From an uncultured Gemmatimonadales bacterium (GTDB taxonomy: Bacteria; Gemmatimonadota; Gemmatimonadetes; Gemmatimonadales; GWC2-71-9), in NCBI GenBank assembly GCA_963825055.1, contig CAWGSK010000009.1, positions 1-64,000 on the forward strand: a stretch of 64,000 nt of DNA. The letters are read 5' to 3'. The position numbers and the translations under genes were made by a program. Of the stretch, positions 29,014 to 39,729 are shown piece by piece (position 1 is the first letter of the stretch; the number at the start of each line of letters is the position of its first letter). The notes under the pieces were generated by a model. That model was not told the origin of the DNA. It saw nothing but the letters and a program-made list of their open reading frames with translations, and made no database searches.

Positions 29014-30279
29014 ATGACCACCCTCCTCGAGGTTCTCACCCGGCGCGGCAGCGTCCAGGACGCCACGCCGGGCCTCGCGGACCGCCTCGCCCGCGGCCCG
29101 ATCACGGGGTACGTCGGCTTTGACCCCACCTCGGATTCGCTCCACGTCGGGAACCTGATCCCGGTCCAGGGCCTGGCGTGGCTCCAGCGTACGGGCGGCA
29201 TGCCGCTGGCGGTGGTGGGCGGGGGCACCGGCATGGTGGGCGATCCCAGCGGCAAGCGGGCCGAGCGCCCGATACTCTCCCGGGATGACATCGACCGTAA
29301 CGTCGACGGCCTGCGCCGCCAGCTCGCCCGCTTCCTGGATTTCGAGGGGGCGAACGCCGCGCGGATGCTCAACAACGCCGACTGGCTCCGCGGCCTCCCG
29401 CTGATGGACTTCCTGCGCGATACGGGCAAGCACTTCACCCTGGGCTACATGCTGCAGAAGGAATCGGTGCGGTCCCGGATGGACGTGGGGATCAGCTTCA
29501 CCGAGTTCAGCTACATGCTGGTGCAGGCCTACGACTTCGCGCACCTGTACCGCACAACGGGCTGCGAGCTCCAGATGGGTGGCAGTGACCAGTGGGGCAA
29601 CATCACCGCCGGGATCGAGCTGGTGCACCGGGCCGACCAGGCGACGGTGCACGGCCTCGTGTTCCCGCTCCTCACCACCGCCACGGGCGCCAAGTTCGGC
29701 AAGAGCGAGGGCGACAACATCTGGCTCGACCCGGCGCGCACCAGCCCGTACCAGTTCTACCAGTTCTGGCTCAACGCCGATGACCGCGACGTCGAGCGCT
29801 ACCTCCGCTTTTTCACGTTCCTGCCGCTCGACACCATCGAGGAGATCTCGGCCGTGCACGCGGGAAACCCGGCGGAGCGCCACGGGCAGCGCATCCTGGC
29901 GCAGGATGTGACGACCCGGGTCCATGGGGAGGACACCGCTCGCCGGGTGATGCACGCCAGCGCCCTGCTCTTCGGGTCGGAGGACCTGAAGGCCGCCGAT
30001 GAAGGTGTGTTCGAGGTGCTGGCCGGGGAGTTGCCCGTGACCGACATGGCGGGTGATGCGCTCGGTGACGGCGTGCTGCTGGTGGACGCGCTGCTCAGCG
30101 CCGGCCTCGCCAGTTCGAAGGGCGACGCCCGCCGCGTGCTCCAGGGGAACGGCTATGCGGTGAACGGCGCCCGGGAGAGCAACGCCGAGCGCCGGCTCAC
30201 CGCCGACGACCTGCTGGCCGGCGGGTATGTCCTGCTCCAGAAGGGCAAGAAGAACTACGCGCTCCTGCGGGCGCACTGA
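29014..30279 (+). CDS. tyrS: Tyrosine--tRNA ligase
   Basis: [27 protein letters not shown] and a C-terminal S4 domain. Confidence 0.97.
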   Translation: MTTLLEVLTRRGSVQDATPGLADRLARGPITGYVGFDPTSDSLHVGNLIPVQGLAWLQRTGGMPLAVVGGGTGMVGDPSGKRAERPILSRDDIDRNVDGLRRQLARFLDFEGANAARMLNNADWLRGLPLMDFLRDTGKHFTLGYMLQKESVRSRMDVGISFTEFSYMLVQAYDFAHLYRTTGCELQMGGSDQWGNITAGIELVHRADQATVHGLVFPLLTTATGAKFGKSEGDNIWLDPARTSPYQFYQFWLNADDRDVERYLRFFTFLPLDTIEEISAVHAGNPAERHGQRILAQDVTTRVHGEDTARRVMHASALLFGSEDLKAADEGVFEVLAGELPVTDMAGDALGDGVLLVDALLSAGLASSKGDARRVLQGNGYAVNGARESNAERRLTADDLLAGGYVLLQKGKKNYALLRAH

Positions 30280-30293
30280 GGCAGCCAGTCCGG

Positions 30294-31442
30294 TCAGAGC
30301 GCCGCGTCAAGCATTCCCACCACACGTTCCATCTCCTCCACAGTGTTGAAGCAGTGCGGCGCGAGCCGGATGGCTCCCTCGCGAAGGCTGGTGAGGACCC
30401 CGCCGGCCACGAGCTGCTCGAGCGCGCGCGCGGGATCGGGCGGCGCGACGCACAGCATTCCCGAGCGATGGGCGTCACGCGGCGAGGCGACCCGGATGCC
30501 GCGCCGGTCGGCCCAGGCGAGCACCGGCTGCTGGATGCGCTCGATGTGGGCGGCTATGTCGGCGATGCCGAGCCCGAGGAGGAGGTCGATCGAGGGCGTC
30601 ATGCCCGCCATGTCCTGGAACGGCAGGGTGACCAGCTCGAAGCGGCGGGCATCGTCGTGCAGGCGCGGGTCGTAGTTCGTGAGCCGGGTGTAGTCGTCAT
30701 TGCCCCGGTAGGCGAGCCAGCCCGTCCAGGGTGGCTGCAGGATGTCCAGCAGCTCGCGGCGGACATAGACAAAGCCGGCGCCCCAGGGCGAGAGCAGCCA
30801 CTTCTGCGCCCCACAGGCCAGCACGTCCACCGGTGTCCGCCGCACATCCAGGGGCATGTGGCCAAGGCCCTGGATGGCGTCCACCACGAGTCGCGTGTCC
30901 GTCTCCCGCGCACGCGCGCCGAGCCGGTCCAGGTCAGCGCGGTATCCGGTCGCGAACTGCACGAAGGAGATGGCCAGCACGCGAACGCGGGAATCGGCCA
31001 TCCTCTCGATGATCCGCTCCTCATCCGGCCACCCGTCGCCCGTGCACGGGACGACCTCGAGCCGGGCCCCGTGGCGTCCGAGCTGCATCCAGGGATAGAC
31101 GTTGGCGGGGAATTCGCCGTCGCTCACCAGGACGATGTCGCCATCCTCGAGTGGCAGGCCCGCGGCGGCGAGGTTGATGCCGTAGCTCGTGTTGGTCGCA
31201 AGGGCGATCTCCGCAACGTCCGCATTGACCAGGCGGGCCGCGGCTCGCCGCGCCTCCACCAGCGAGGCGGTGAGGCGGTCATCCGGCAGCCCGAAGACGG
31301 TGACCCGGTCCCGGTTGAACGAGGCCACCTCCCGGTGGGTCCGGGCCGGCAGCGGGCCGGTGCTCGCGCTGTTCAGGTAGATCCGTTCGCCGGCCCACGG
31401 AAACTCCTCGCGGCGCAGGGCATTGACGTCGTAACCGGTCAG
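30294..31442 (-). CDS. Class V PLP aminotransferase (cysteine desulfurase/selenocysteine lyase-like)
   Basis: IYLNSASTGP, VDAIQ and GAQKWLLSPWG motifs. Probable CTG start after GGGAGG. Confidence 0.85.
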   Translation of the reverse strand: MTGYDVNALRREEFPWAGERIYLNSASTGPLPARTHREVASFNRDRVTVFGLPDDRLTASLVEARRAAARLVNADVAEIALATNTSYGINLAAAGLPLEDGDIVLVSDGEFPANVYPWMQLGRHGARLEVVPCTGDGWPDEERIIERMADSRVRVLAISFVQFATGYRADLDRLGARARETDTRLVVDAIQGLGHMPLDVRRTPVDVLACGAQKWLLSPWGAGFVYVRRELLDILQPPWTGWLAYRGNDDYTRLTNYDPRLHDDARRFELVTLPFQDMAGMTPSIDLLLGLGIADIAAHIERIQQPVLAWADRRGIRVASPRDAHRSGMLCVAPPDPARALEQLVAGGVLTSLREGAIRLAPHCFNTVEEMERVVGMLDAAL

Positions 31443-31461
31443 GGTCGTCCTCCCGTGAAAT

Positions 31462-32250
31462 TCACGCCGGCTGCCGGAGCACCGCGCGCGCCTTGTTGCC
31501 GATGGGAACCCGCCGGTAGAGCCAGCCCCGGACGGGCCGGACCGAGTAGGTCTCCCAGTGCTCAAGTGTGAGCGGCGTGCGGTCCACCAGTGCGCCGAAG
31601 CTCCGCCGGTTGAACTCCTGGACGTGCCCGGGCCGGTATTGGGCCGCATAGCGGTGACGGTGGAGCCCGGTGCGGTGCATCCAGCGGCGGAATCGCTGGT
31701 CCCAGCCGTCGATATTGGGAAACTCGAGCAGGGCCAGGCCTCCGGGCGCGAGACGTCCCGCGATGCCGGCCAGGGTGCCGAGCGGGTCAGGCACGTGCTC
31801 CAGCACGTGGCGCATCACGATCACATCGAACCTCGCATTCGCGGGTACATCGGCGAGGGTGCCGGTGTACACATCGAGCCCCAGCCGGTCGCGGAGCAGC
31901 GCGGCATGGCCGGGCTCCAGTTCCGTGCCTGCCACCTCCCATCCCTCCCGCCGCGCCAGCTGCAGGATGGCACCGTTTCCGCAACCGATGTCGAGCAGCC
32001 GGCCCGGCTCCGGGTGCCGGCGGCGGATCGCGGCCCAGCTCTGCCGCAGCCCGGCGGAGGGGGGCCGTTCCTCGATCGACCGGATGTCGGGCAGCGCGTA
32101 CTTCTCCTGGGACGTGTCCGCGGGACTGCCGTTGACGACGAGGTCGCAGCCGCCGCAGCGCCAGAAGGCGAACTGGTCGCGGTCGCCCTGCCGGTACGCC
32201 GGGCGCCACGCGCGCGCGCCGCACACCTTGCATTGCAGGTCCGGGGTCAT
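31462..32250 (-). CDS. Class I SAM-dependent methyltransferase with N-terminal CxxC..CxxC
   Basis: LLDIGCGNG and MRHVLEHVPDP motifs. Confidence 0.85.
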   Translation of the reverse strand: MTPDLQCKVCGARAWRPAYRQGDRDQFAFWRCGGCDLVVNGSPADTSQEKYALPDIRSIEERPPSAGLRQSWAAIRRRHPEPGRLLDIGCGNGAILQLARREGWEVAGTELEPGHAALLRDRLGLDVYTGTLADVPANARFDVIVMRHVLEHVPDPLGTLAGIAGRLAPGGLALLEFPNIDGWDQRFRRWMHRTGLHRHRYAAQYRPGHVQEFNRRSFGALVDRTPLTLEHWETYSVRPVRGWLYRRVPIGNKARAVLRQPA

Positions 32251-33143
32251 CGCCGGAGCCTCGGGTCCCAGCCCTCGCGCACGGCGTCCCCCACTAGATT
32301 GAAACCGAGCACGGCGATGCCGATGGCAATGCCGGGCGCGAACGACACCCAGGGAGCCACGCGGAGCAGGTCGCGGCCGTCGGCCACCATCGCCCCCCAT
32401 GAGGGCGTGGGCGGCTGCGCGCCCAGGCCGACGAACGACAGGGCCGCCTCCGCCATGATGGCGGCGGCCATGCCCAGCGTCGCCGCAACAATCACCTGCG
32501 CCCGTACGTTGGGCAGCAGGTGGCGCCGGAGGATGACGCGGTCGGGCTGCCCCAGCGCACGGGCGGCCAGGACATACTCCGCGTCGCGCAGCACCAGGAC
32601 CTGTGCCCGGACGAGCCGGGCCATGGCGGCCCAGCCCACCGCGCCGATGATCAGGAACACCACCGGCAGCGAGGGGCGGACCGCGGCGGCGACGGCGATC
32701 AGCAGGAGCAGCGTCGGGAAGGCGAGGGTGATGTCGGCGAACCGCATCACCACCATATCCACCCAGCGTCCGTAGTAGCCCGCGATGAGGCCGAGCGTGA
32801 CGCCCAGCGTGACGGCGACGGTCTGGGAGATGAGCCCCACGGCCAGCGAAATCCGGGCACCGTAGAGCACCCGGCTCAGGACGTCGCGTCCCTGGCTGTC
32901 GGCGCCGAGGAGGTAGCCGCCGCCGGGCGGGTGGAGGTACGCGTTGCCGAGGTCACCCGAGTACGGGTCGTGCGGGGCGATCCAGGGCGCGAGCACCGCG
33001 GCGAGCACCACCAGCATGACGAGCACCACCCCGAGCTGGTAGAGCCAGTTGCCGCGGATGACGCGAAGGATCGGGTGGACCCGCCGGCGCGGCTCTGGCG
33101 CGGTCGGCGGCTGGTCAGCGGTCAGGAAGCGGCTCCTCATCAT
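32247..33143 (-). CDS. Peptide/nickel ABC transporter permease (DppC/OppC-like)
   Basis: LGADSQGRDVLSR, EYVLAARALG, HLLPN and PTPSWG motifs. Confidence 0.92.
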   Translation of the reverse strand: MMRSRFLTADQPPTAPEPRRRVHPILRVIRGNWLYQLGVVLVMLVVLAAVLAPWIAPHDPYSGDLGNAYLHPPGGGYLLGADSQGRDVLSRVLYGARISLAVGLISQTVAVTLGVTLGLIAGYYGRWVDMVVMRFADITLAFPTLLLLIAVAAAVRPSLPVVFLIIGAVGWAAMARLVRAQVLVLRDAEYVLAARALGQPDRVILRRHLLPNVRAQVIVAATLGMAAAIMAEAALSFVGLGAQPPTPSWGAMVADGRDLLRVAPWVSFAPGIAIGIAVLGFNLVGDAVREGWDPRLRR

Positions 33144-33208
33144 CGCTCAGGTTGAACCCCGCGGGCGACGTGACGTAGAGTATCGCAGGCGACAGACGGA
33201 GAGCAAGC

Positions 33209-34282
33209 GTGCCAATCACTCCCCCCTTTGCGCTGGTCCTGAGCGGCGGCGGCCTCAAGGGCCTCGCCCATATCGGGACGTTCCGCGCCCTCGAGGAATT
33301 CGGCCTGACCCCGGACGTCGTGGTCGGCACGAGCATGGGCGCGCTGATCGCCGCGGCGTGGGCCTCTGGCGTGAGCGTGGAGGAGATGGACGACCGCGCG
33401 CGGGGGGTGCGCCGGCGCGACGTGTTCCGGGTCGCCCATACCGACATGGCCTTCCGCCGCATGAAGGCGCCGGCCATCTACCGCCGGGAGCCGCTGGCGG
33501 AACTGATCCACAGCCTGGTGGGCGACCGCACGTTCAAGGACCTCGAGCGCAAGCTCATCGTCAACACCGTGGACCTGAACGCCGGGATGCAGGTGTTCTG
33601 GGGCTCGCCCGGGCTCCAGGACGTGCGCGTGGCCGACGCGGTCTTCGGGGCCTGCGCCCTCCCTGGCGTCTTCCCGCCGCAGGAGATCGGCGGCCGGCAT
33701 TTCGTGGACGGCGCCGTGGTGGACAACCTGCCCCTCCGGGCCGCCGCGGCCCTCAATCCCAATGCGATCGTGGCAGTCGACCTCGGCTCGTCGGGCGTTC
33801 TCCGCTCGGACGTGGAGGAAGCGGGGTTCGCGGCGACCTACGTGCGCGGGCTGGAGATCGTCATGCAGACCCTGGTCTCCAGCACGCTCGCGACCTGGAC
33901 CACCCCGCCCGTGCTGCTTGTCCGGCCCCGGGTGGAGCGGATCCCGATGTTCGCGTTCGACCAGACCGCCGACCTGCTGGATGAGGGGTATCGCGCGACC
34001 CGCGACCTGCTGAGCCGCTACGGCGAGGGCTTCGAGTTCCGGACCGGCGGCGTCTATCCGAAACGGACCGTGCACATCACCGTGGACGAGTCCCGCTGTA
34101 TCGGCTGCCGGAGCTGCGTGGCGCTGGCGCCGGACATCTTCCACATGGGCGCGGACGGCAAGGCGAAGGTCATCTCGCCCACCCAGACCTGGTCTCCCGT
34201 TGACGGCCGCTACATCTGGAACTGCCCCACCTACGCCATCAGCGCCCGCGGCGAGGACGGCGAGGCAGACCCGGGAGGGTGA
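33209..34282 (+). CDS. Patatin-like phospholipase fused to a C-terminal ferredoxin domain
   Basis: LSGGGLKG, GTSMG and DGA motifs; C-terminal CIGCRSCVALAP...CPTYAI. Confidence 0.88.
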   Translation: MPITPPFALVLSGGGLKGLAHIGTFRALEEFGLTPDVVVGTSMGALIAAAWASGVSVEEMDDRARGVRRRDVFRVAHTDMAFRRMKAPAIYRREPLAELIHSLVGDRTFKDLERKLIVNTVDLNAGMQVFWGSPGLQDVRVADAVFGACALPGVFPPQEIGGRHFVDGAVVDNLPLRAAAALNPNAIVAVDLGSSGVLRSDVEEAGFAATYVRGLEIVMQTLVSSTLATWTTPPVLLVRPRVERIPMFAFDQTADLLDEGYRATRDLLSRYGEGFEFRTGGVYPKRTVHITVDESRCIGCRSCVALAPDIFHMGADGKAKVISPTQTWSPVDGRYIWNCPTYAISARGEDGEADPGG

Positions 34283-34286
34283 GGCC

Positions 34287-35469
34287 TCATCCTGCTGCGG
34301 GCTGCCCGACGGCGAACTCATGGGCGATCGCGGCGACATCGCGCGCCACGCGCTCCCAGTTGTAGAACTCCTCGACCGCGCGACGCCCACCCTGCCCCAG
34401 GTCGCGTGCCCGCCCCGGATCGGCAAGGAGGTCGCGGACGGCCGCCGCCACGGCAGCCGGCCGTTCCGGATCCACCAGCAGGCCGGTCTCGTCCTGGCGC
34501 ACGGCGTCGGGAATCCCGCCACTCAGCCCCCCGATGACCGGGACGCCGGAGGCAGACGCCTCCACCAGCGAAATACCGAAGCCTTCGACCATCGGCCCCA
34601 CCCGGCGGGAAACCCCGAGATACAGTGAGGCAGTGTTGTAGAGGGCCGGCAGGTCGCCGTCCGGGACCGCCCCGAGGAACCGCACCCGGTCTCCGACTCC
34701 CGCGTTCCGCGCCAGCTGCTCCAGCGCTCCGCGTCGCGGGCCTCCTCCGGCGACGGCATAGGCCAGGCCGGGCAGCTCGTCCTTCAGGATGGCGAGCGCC
34801 TCGATCACCGTGTCCACGCCCTTGTGGTCAACCAGCCGGGCAACGGTCAGCATCCAGCGGAGCCCCGGGTCGAGCCCGTAGCGTGCCCTGACCTCGTCCG
34901 TCGGCAATCCGGGCCGGAAGAGCGCCGGGCTGGTCCCGAGTGGCACGACGCGAACCGCCACCGGCCACGCCCGACTGGCGAAGTACCTCCCGGGTCAGTT
35001 CACCGGTGAAAGTGCTGTTGGCAAGGACGACCGACGCGCCGCCGAACAGGGACCTGGCCACCCGCCGCTTCCTGGCGGAGCGGCGCACCTGCTCCAGCAC
35101 ACGGTACATGTCGAGCCCGTGCACGATGATGCCGTAGGGGACCCCGTAGCGGAGCTCGACCCAGCGGGCAGGATACGCGGCCGGCTTGAAGTTCCCACAC
35201 CACACGAACCCGACCCCCAGGCTGCGGACCAGGGTGCCGGCCTGCCGTGACCACCGGACGAGCCCCGGAAGTGTGCGGAGGCGTTTCGCTCCCGTCGCAA
35301 GACGGTGGACACGCCCCGGCAGCGTCTCGTCGAACGCCTCACTCCCCTGCTGCGTCCCCGTGGAGACGTGCAGCCCGTTCGCCGGGTACGCCCGCGCCAG
35401 CTCCGCCATGTAGCGGGCCAGGCCGCCGCCGATGGGCGGGAAGTCGTAGGTGAGGAGGAGGTGGGGCAT
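34287..35469 (-). CDS. Glycosyltransferase family 4 (PimB-like), frameshift near 34960
   Basis: DFPPIGGG in the N-terminal ORF; VARLVDHKG and EGFGISLVEA in the C-terminal ORF. Confidence 0.85.
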
Positions 35470-35475
35470 GGGGCC

Positions 35476-35692
35476 GTGAACGGTGAACGGTGAACGGTGA
35501 ACGGTGAACGGTGAACGGTGAACGGTGAACGGTGAACGGTGAACGGTGAACGGTGTCGCGAAGTTACTTCCCCAAGCACCTGATCACTAATCACCAGTGA
35601 TCACTCACCACTCACCACTCACCACTCGCTACTCGCTCTCGCTACTCACCACTCGCTACTCGCTACTCGCTACTCGCTATTCGCTATTCGCT
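35476..35692. repeat. Bipartite element (GTGAACG)x11, spacer, CACTAAT/(CACTCAC)n/(CTA[C/T]TCG)n
   Basis: Left arm 35476-35552 is perfect; right arm about 35586-35692 is a mosaic. Confidence 0.95.
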
Positions 35693-36763
35693 CATCACTC
35701 CCTCATACACCCCCATCGTCCCCTCCACCGTCTTCTCCAGCGAAAAATCGTCCCGCGCCGTGTGCCGGGCCACCTCGCCGAGGCGCCGGGCGACATCGGG
35801 GTCGTCAAGCAGGTCCGTGATGGCGCTGGCCCACGCGGCCGGATCCCCGTGGCGGACGAGGCGCCCGTTCTCACCGTCCCGGATCACCTCGGGGTTGCTG
35901 GTCGTGTCCGAGGCGATCACCGGCAGGCCCAGGGCCATGGCTTCGAGCAACGCCTGGCTCAGGCCTTCCATCCGGGTGGGAAGCAGCGCGAGATCCAGCA
36001 GGTCGTAGAGCGGCCTGACGTCGGGATCGAACGGAAGGAAGACCACGTCGTGTCCAGGAATACGCCCGGCCAGTTCCCGGAGTCCGTCGTTTCCGCCCAC
36101 TCCTGCCAGCACCAGCCGGACAGGTTGCTGCACCAGTGCCAGGGCCCGCAGCACGACCGCGTGGTCCTTCGGGCGGCTGACGATTCCGAGCGTCGGGCGA
36201 TCCGCGCTCCAGCCGATGCGCTGGCGCCATTCCTCGCGCTCGACTTCCGACACGGGCCGGTCTATCCGGGCTGCCACCAGGCCGTTGTGCACGACCGCCA
36301 GCTTCCGTGCCGGCGTCCCCTTGCGGTGCAGCGCCCGGGCGACCGCGTGGCTCACGGCAATCATGCGCACGGCGGCGCGGCTTGCCAGCCAGTTCTCCAG
36401 CCAGAAGGTGAGGGGCATCTGGCGACGGGTGAACACCGCCGGACAGGGGAGCCGCCCGGTCAGCCCCAGCAGCGTCAGGGCCTGGCGGTCGCGTGCACTC
36501 TGGCTGTTGACCAGGTCGACCGGGGCGCGCTCCAGCAGCTCGCGGAGCAGGCCGGCATTCCGGCGGCGCTCGTGAGGCAGCAGGGGCAGCGCATGGACCT
36601 CGAGCCCCGCCTGCCGCGCCTCCGCCTCGACCGGGCTGGCGGGCGGACAGACGAACCTGACGTGCACCCCCCGCTTCGCGAGGCCGATGGAGAGGTGCAG
36701 GGTGGACGTTACCGAGCCGGCCCCGCCACCCTGGTGCAGCACCTGCATCACGGAGAGCGTCAT
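35684..36763 (-). CDS. Glycosyltransferase family 4
   Basis: VVHNG and EGLSQALLEAMALGLPVI motifs. Confidence 0.9.
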   Translation of the reverse strand: MTLSVMQVLHQGGGAGSVTSTLHLSIGLAKRGVHVRFVCPPASPVEAEARQAGLEVHALPLLPHERRRNAGLLRELLERAPVDLVNSQSARDRQALTLLGLTGRLPCPAVFTRRQMPLTFWLENWLASRAAVRMIAVSHAVARALHRKGTPARKLAVVHNGLVAARIDRPVSEVEREEWRQRIGWSADRPTLGIVSRPKDHAVVLRALALVQQPVRLVLAGVGGNDGLRELAGRIPGHDVVFLPFDPDVRPLYDLLDLALLPTRMEGLSQALLEAMALGLPVIASDTTSNPEVIRDGENGRLVRHGDPAAWASAITDLLDDPDVARRLGEVARHTARDDFSLEKTVEGTMGVYEGVMSE

Positions 36764-37847
36764 CGTCCGGTCACCGTTTCCAGCACGGCGTCCCAGGCTG
36801 TGATGAGACGTTCCGGTGAAAACCGGTCGAGCGCGCGCGCGCGCGCGCGAGCACCAAGTTCCGCGCGCCGGGCGGGGGCCGCGAGGAGTGCGCGGATACT
36901 GCCCGCCAGTGCGGCGGGGTCGCGCGGCGGCACCAGCACCCCCGCGTCACCCACCACTTCGGGGACTCCCCCGCCCCGGGCCGCCACAATCGCCGCGCCA
37001 CAGCACATCGCTTCGGCAACGCTCAGGCCGAACGTCTCGACATCGCAGGCATGCACCATGAGGGTGGCAGCGGACCAGGCGCCCCGGAGCGCGCGCGGCG
37101 GCAGGAAGCCCGGCCACCGCACGTCCACGCCGAGTGCGGCGGCGCGCTCCACGAGCGCGCGGCGCTCGAGCCCGTCGCCACAGACGACGAGCGGTGGAGC
37201 CTCACCGCGGTTCGAGAGCGCGTCCAGCATCACGTCGTAACGTTTCTCGGGCATGAGCGCCCCGACGGCGAGCAGGAACGGCCCGTCGCCCAGCCCATGC
37301 GCCGACCGGAACGCCGCCGCGGCGGCGGGATCGGGATGGAACATCTCCGTATCCACCGCACTGCCGATGACACGCCACGGGACCCGGCGCATGAATGGGG
37401 CGCGCTCCAGCACCCGTCGCGCAACGTGCTCCGTCGTAAAGACGGTCATTCCCGTACGGCGGTAGGCGATGCGCACGGACGGATCGGACGGTGGACGGCG
37501 GCGGCTCACGTTATAGCGATAGACCAGCCGCAGTGGACTGGAGGAGCGACACGTACCCCGCCAGGCGCAGGTCACGCGGGCGGTCCACCACCAGCACCTC
37601 CGTACGATGCCGCCGGACCGCGCGGAGGCAGCGCCCACCACTCCCGCAGCCCCGTGTCGCGCATGGGCAGCACGTCCGCCTCCGCGCCCTGCGCGCGCAT
37701 CGACTCCGCCACGTCGTCCTCGCCGACGAAGAGGCGCGCCTCGTGCCCGCGTTCACGGAGTCCCAGCGCGATATGGGTCAGGCTGACAGTGGAGCCGCGC
37801 CAGGTGCGGGCAGAGGATACGAAGGCCACCCGGATGCCGTCGGGCAT
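36760..37847 (-). CDS. Glycosyltransferase family 4, two frameshifts (about 37630 and 37540)
   Basis: TWRGS, DRPRDLRLAG and ETFGLSVAEA segments fall in three ORFs; paralog of the gene starting at 39717. Confidence 0.8.
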
Positions 37848-38605
37848 CAGTCGCGGCGGCCGAGGGCCCACAGATGCGCGTACTTGAGGAATGTCCCGTA
37901 GGCACCGAGGGACGAGGTTACGAGTCCGAAGGTCCCGTCGAGAATGTGGCCCTGGAGGAGCCAGGCGCGGAGGAACCGGCCGGTCGGGCGGCCGGCCAGG
38001 TCCCACAGGGACGCCCTGCGCCCCGCGTCATGAAGGTCGAGCGCGCCCCACCGGGCGTAGCGCTCCATTTTCTCCAGTTGATGGGCAAGATCGCGATAGG
38101 GCGAATGGAGCAGCGGCTGCTCGAGCCGGCCGGCGTTCTCCACGCGTTCCAGCCCCTCGTGTACCCGGCGCTCGACATAGCGCCGCTCGCGCGTGAAGAG
38201 CCGGGTGACCCAGTCGTGGCCCCAGCGGCCGCGAGTGAGTTCCCGTCCCAGGTAGAAATTCCGCCGGCGGACGCGGTACACCGGGTGTTGCGGGGCGGCG
38301 ACCGTGCGGGCCAGTTCCGCCGCGAGTTCCGGTGTGATCCGCTCGTCGGCGTCGAGGGCAAAGACCCACTCGGTCGGCGCGATCGCAATCGCGGCGTTCC
38401 GCTGCGCGGCGATGGTCGGCCCGACGTCTTCCAGCACCCGCGCTCCCGCCGAGCGCGCGAGCGCGGCCGTATCGTCGGCACTGCCCCGATCAACCACCAC
38501 CACCGCGTCGGCCCAGGCGCAATGGTGGACCGCCTCGGTGATCTGGTCGGCCTCATTCCAGGTCGGGATGACGATGGTGAGGGGAATAGAGCGTTGCGCC
38601 GTCAT
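37847..38605 (-). CDS. Glycosyltransferase family 2 (KdtX/WaaE-like)
   Basis: IPTWNE, QRN, WVFALDADE and VHE motifs. Confidence 0.88.
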   Translation of the reverse strand: MTAQRSIPLTIVIPTWNEADQITEAVHHCAWADAVVVVDRGSADDTAALARSAGARVLEDVGPTIAAQRNAAIAIAPTEWVFALDADERITPELAAELARTVAAPQHPVYRVRRRNFYLGRELTRGRWGHDWVTRLFTRERRYVERRVHEGLERVENAGRLEQPLLHSPYRDLAHQLEKMERYARWGALDLHDAGRRASLWDLAGRPTGRFLRAWLLQGHILDGTFGLVTSSLGAYGTFLKYAHLWALGRRD

Positions 38606-39717
38606 TGCCGGTGTCCGCCGCCCGGTCCGGATCTCGCCCATGACGGAGTGCCAGGCGTTGATGACGGCCTCCAGGGAAAGAAGTTCCGCAGCCCGGTGTG
38701 GCCCGGCGACGGACAACCGCTTCCTCCGGTCCGGATCGGCAATCAGGGCCCGCAGCGCGCTCGCGAGGGCCGCGGCATCACCCGGGGGTACCAGGACACC
38801 CGCATCCCCCACGACCTCCGGAATCCCGCCACTGCCCACCGCGGCCACGGGTGTACCGCAACAGAGCGCCTCGGCCAAGCTCATGCCGTAGGTCTCGATG
38901 GCACAGGCATGCACGAGGAGCATAGCGGCATTATAGGCGCCGCGCAGCGACTCGGCATCCACCAGGCCAAGCCACCGGACCTGGACCCCAAGGCTCTGCG
39001 CGAGCCTCCGGAGCTCTTTCCTCCTGCATGCCGTTGCCGCAGACCACCAGAACGGGAACGTCCTTCCCGAGCGCGACCATGGCCTGGAGAATGAGGTCGT
39101 AACGCTTCTCCCGGCACCAGGGCACCCACCGCCAGGACGAAGGGCTGGTCGCCGAGGCTGTACCTGGTGCGGAAGGCACGGCCCGCCGCGTCGTCCCGGA
39201 AGAAGGCCTTCGTGTCCACTGCGGGACCGATGATGCGCCACGGCACTGCGGACATGAAGGGAGCCTTGGCGAACACCTGGCGGGCAAATCGGCGGGTAGT
39301 AAAGATCGTGAATTGCGAACGGCGGCAGGCCAGCCGGGTGGAAAGGTCCCGGGGCGGGTCCTTGCGACTCAGATTGAACTGATTGACCAGGTGGACCCGG
39401 GAAAACAGGCAGGCATAACCCGCGACCCGGAGGTCGCGGGGGCGGTCGGTCACGAGCACCTCAATCGCCGTGGAGTGCAGCAGCCGGCGGAGAGTCAGCA
39501 CTTCCCTGGGGCCCGTGTTGCGGACCGGCACGAGGTCAACCGCGATCCCTCGATCCCTCGCACGGGATGCCACGTCCGGCTCACTGACGAACATGCGTGC
39601 CTGGTGGCCCCGGGCATTCAGGCCGAGCACGACATGCGCCGTACTGACGGCGGAGCCGCGCCACGTGCCCGCCGAGGTCAGGAACGCGATGCGGAGCGGC
39701 GTGCTCCCATCCGCCAC
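38602..39717 (-). CDS. Glycosyltransferase family 4, frameshifted (about 39110 and 39020); 3' end uncertain
   Basis: TWRGS, DRPRDLRVAG, EKRYD and ETYGMSLAEA segments spread over three ORFs. Confidence 0.78.
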
Positions 39718-39729
39718 AGGAGCTCCTGG

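Noticed and set aside
32247..33143. Orphan DppC permease as a novel transporter
   Set aside because: Split ABC operons are common, and partner genes may lie elsewhere in the genome.
14528..39717. Programmed frameshifting or true pseudogenes in the receptor and three GT4 genes
   Set aside because: Scattered single-base indels with intact motifs and no shared slippery site; long-read consensus error is the simpler explanation, though reads are needed to confirm.
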